Positions 61,323 through 64,000 of a DNA stretch of 64,000 bases are shown here, piece by piece. The notes beneath the pieces are model-generated. The model was not told the origin of the DNA. It made no database searches and saw only the letters and a list, made by a program, of their open reading frames with translations. Each line of letters opens with the position of its first letter. Position 1 is the stretch's first letter. The DNA lies in assembly GCF_020745735.1 (NCBI RefSeq), contig NC_083410.1, forward strand, positions 3,880,117 to 3,944,116. The letters run 5' to 3'. The translations under genes and the position numbers were made by a program. Source of the stretch: Hemiscyllium ocellatum (Eukaryota).

Positions 61323-61814
61323 TGTTAGGACGGGCTACCGTCCCCGTGTTCGTTTGAAGGAGAGAAACACTGGATCTGATTCAAAATATAAGCTGTTTTA
61401 ATGAGAGAGAGCCGTACACAAATACAGTGAGGTTTTCAGCTCACTGGAGAAGGCACCTTCTGCCTATTGTTCTCTTTGTCTAGCTTTTTAGCCCCTCGCA
61501 TCCCAGTGCTACATCCTTATTTGGCAAGATACGGTATACTCGTATGGCATTGGTCCCGAGCTGATAACATTCTGTTACCTCAGTTTGAGCTACGTGCAAT
61601 TTAACACGGTTCCAATGTCCTGTTATCTTTTCACCCTCCCTGGGGCCTCTTAAGGCTATGCCATCAGCTTTTCAGTCTGTTCTTAGTGTAACGTAATGGC
61701 TTACTGTTGTCTAGTGAAGCTAACAAGTTCCAGACTTGCTAATACTACCTTACGTGAGCACTACCTAACAATAAAGTTTCTTACACTACCTAACCTTAGT
61801 AATGGATCCCAACA
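61323..61814 (-). mobile_element. Solo LTR (492 bp), retrovirus-like, 4-bp TSD
   Basis: TGTT...AACA ends. TCTC at 61319..61322 and 61815..61818. ATTAAA on the minus strand near 61396-61401. Retains many CpGs. Confidence 0.7.
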
Positions 61815-61899
61815 TCTCATACAGCATTAATGTTACTTTCCCCTTGGGCTGCTATTTTTGTGAAGGGTCCTGATGGGAGAAAGTCAGAAATCTGTGACA

Positions 61900-64000
61900 A
61901 ATCTCAGTCTTCATGGTTCCTGTAGGAGACAAGGTTATCTTGTGGGATGGTTCTTATCAGAGAGAAAGTTCATGTGCATGATATGAATGGGCACAGTGTG
62001 GACACCACTTTGCTGCTAGTACTATGCTTGTAATGCTGAAACTATTCAATGTGGAGCTCAATCTCACATCTCAGCAGATCACCTGCATCTGGAGAGATGG
62101 AGAGAAACAGGAATCTCAGTCTCACTGTTGATCTGGAAAGTGTCAATACATTTCCAGTAAATTCCTTCATTGTTGGCCAGCCCACTTCCTCTTTCCTCTT
62201 TCTGTGCTGTACTTTCAACACAAACCTCAAGCCATTCCATGGTAATGAGATACTGATACAGCAACATTACAACTCAGTCTGAGATAGGACAGCAATTGAA
62301 AACACATTTATTTCAAACATTTTTTCCTGAATTTCTTTATCTTATCTCTAATGCTCTCTGTCACTGTGGGAAAGTAAATGGTTGGAATTGTTTCCATAGA
62401 GTTCTGTGTTTGAGTTTCATTTTTGGATTGTGTGCTGGTGTTTGAGCCGGTATTTTGTAATTCACAATTTCCTACTTAAGGTGAAATTGGGCTTTCTCAC
62501 AGTGCAATGGGAACCTACAATGTGAGATACGACACTGTATAATGCTGTCCAGTTGTCCCACTCCTGGATTCCAGTGTCTGTCATTTGAGGATCCCATGCC
62601 AGCTCCGCACAAAGTTTCTGACTGAAGAACTGAACCTTTAAATATGACCACATTATGCAAAGAAACTGAACCTTCAGTATCTGTCCATCAAATAGATCCC
62701 TCAATACACAATGTGACTGTGATACTTTTATGCGTCTCCTAGATTGACTCATACATAGGGTAATGCCTTGGGGGAATGGATAGGAACTGGGGAATTGTCT
62801 TAATAATCCAACAGAGACTATTAAGAATGTACTAGGACATTTACCCAGTCAGTGTACCCCTCGCCAAGACTCTGAGTCAACAAACTAACAAGAAGCAAAC
62901 TTGAATAGGTTTGACCAAGCGTGCCTCAGAAATCTGACATCAACCTGCCTGGCTCATGATCCAGTGAGTTTACTGCAAGTCCCTCAAATGCCAACATATC
63001 TTTCCTGAGCTGGAGGGCTGAAATTGTTCATAATGTTCCAAATGCAGTCTGACCAGAGCCTTATACAGCCTCAAAACTACACCCCTGCTCTTATATTCCA
63101 GCCCTCTTGAAATGAACGCCAACACTGCATTTGCCTTCCTAACTATAAACTGAACCTGCATCTTAACCTTAAGGAAATCGTGAACTAAGATTCCAAAATC
63201 CCTTTAAGCTTCATATTTCTGAAACTTTTCCCTTCTTAAAACATAATCTATGCATCTATTCTTCCTACTAGAATGCATAACTTCACACTTTCCAACACTG
63301 TATTCAATCAGCCACTTCTTTGTTCATTCTTTTAGCCTGTCTACATCTTTCTCTAGCCTCCCCACTTCTTTCACACTATCTGTCCCATCATCTATCTTTG
63401 TGTCATCTGCACACTTAGCAATAATTTCCCCTTTTACGATGACCATATCATTAACGTTTAAGATGTCCAACTGTGGACCCTACACTGACCCTAATGGGAC
63501 TCCATTAGTCACTGGCTAACATTGCATGAAAGACTCCTTTACCCATGCTCTCTGCCTTCTGTCAGCCAGCCAATCCCTCTCCACGCCACTACTTTGTTCC
63601 TAACATTATGGGATATGACATTATTTGGCAGCCTCCGGTATTGCACCTTGTCAAAGACTGTCGGAATTAAAGCAGATCATGAGGAGGAATGGGGTTTCTG
63701 TCAAGTATGGTGGGAGAGGGATAGATCACATTGCTGGGTCTGTGCATTCCACTGTGGGGTCATTGGGTTAGACTGAGGGCACTGGATGGTGGATATTCAT
63801 GATAGGAGTAAGTAAAATATGGATGAATTGAATTTTAGGGCTGTGGGAGCAAATGGTTTCGGGGATAGGGGGTTATTGAATGTTCCAGACACAGGAGCTT
63901 GGACAATGGGTGGAGGGAGCTATGTGGATCAGGGCCAGGATGGTATGGGGATGGGAACGAGTGTAGACTCAAGGGGAAAGAGCAGAATCAGAGAATTATT
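61900..64000 (+). pseudogene. 5' end of a paralogous gene unit with decayed leader exon (~62317..62375)
   Basis: Collinear homology: 61984..62120 with 14187..14333, 62125..62970 with 26190..27200, and 63700..64000 with 27960..28260. The ATG is replaced by ACA(T) and the donor GTAAGT by GAAAGT. Confidence 0.7.
62960..63665 (-). mobile_element. CR1 LINE fragment
   Basis: ORF 62970..63161 (ANAVLAFISRGLEYKS..LYKALVRLHLE). Absent from the paralogous block at 27.2 kb. Confidence 0.75.

Noticed and set aside
62462-62752. Minus ORF containing ITIM-like TALYSVV
   Set aside because: The homologous sequence at 26540..26720 has an in-frame stop and lacks the motif. The region is intron 1 of the + strand unit.
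1-64000. CRISPR arrays, rRNA/tRNA genes, prokaryotic operons
   Set aside because: None seen. The tandem repeats lack unique spacers and the tRNA-like boxes belong to SINE heads. The remaining short ORFs are antisense or frameshifted TE pieces or low-complexity sequence.

Overview
Eukaryotic, transposon-saturated genomic DNA. The repeats (CR1 LINEs, HE1/V-SINE-type tRNA SINEs, GIY-YIG Penelope-like elements) point to a shark, probably an orectolobiform; this is an inference. Most of the window is decayed mobile DNA: many CR1 fragments, a nested Gypsy LTR element, Penelope-like insertions with target-site duplications and minimal hammerhead ribozymes, and solo LTRs. By hand-splicing, a complete phase-consistent 9-exon gene can be assembled on the + strand (26377..57843, 1383 nt, 460 aa). 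It comprises a signal peptide, three non-rearranging antigen-receptor-like V domains each with the J-like FGxG/SGxG strand already fused in the germline, a very short stalk, a TM helix and a tail with three Tyr motifs (ADYGNV, AVYSTL, SVYSNL). It therefore looks like a VJ-VJ-VJ inhibitory immune receptor with no C domain and no RSS. V1 and V2 arose from a ~1.83-kb exon duplication. A paralogous promoter/leader block with a dead ATG and dead donor starts at ~61.9 kb, and an orphan leader exon sits at 11.2 kb, so the window looks like part of a tandem birth-and-death receptor cluster. All coordinates and alignments were read by eye; no database searches were possible.
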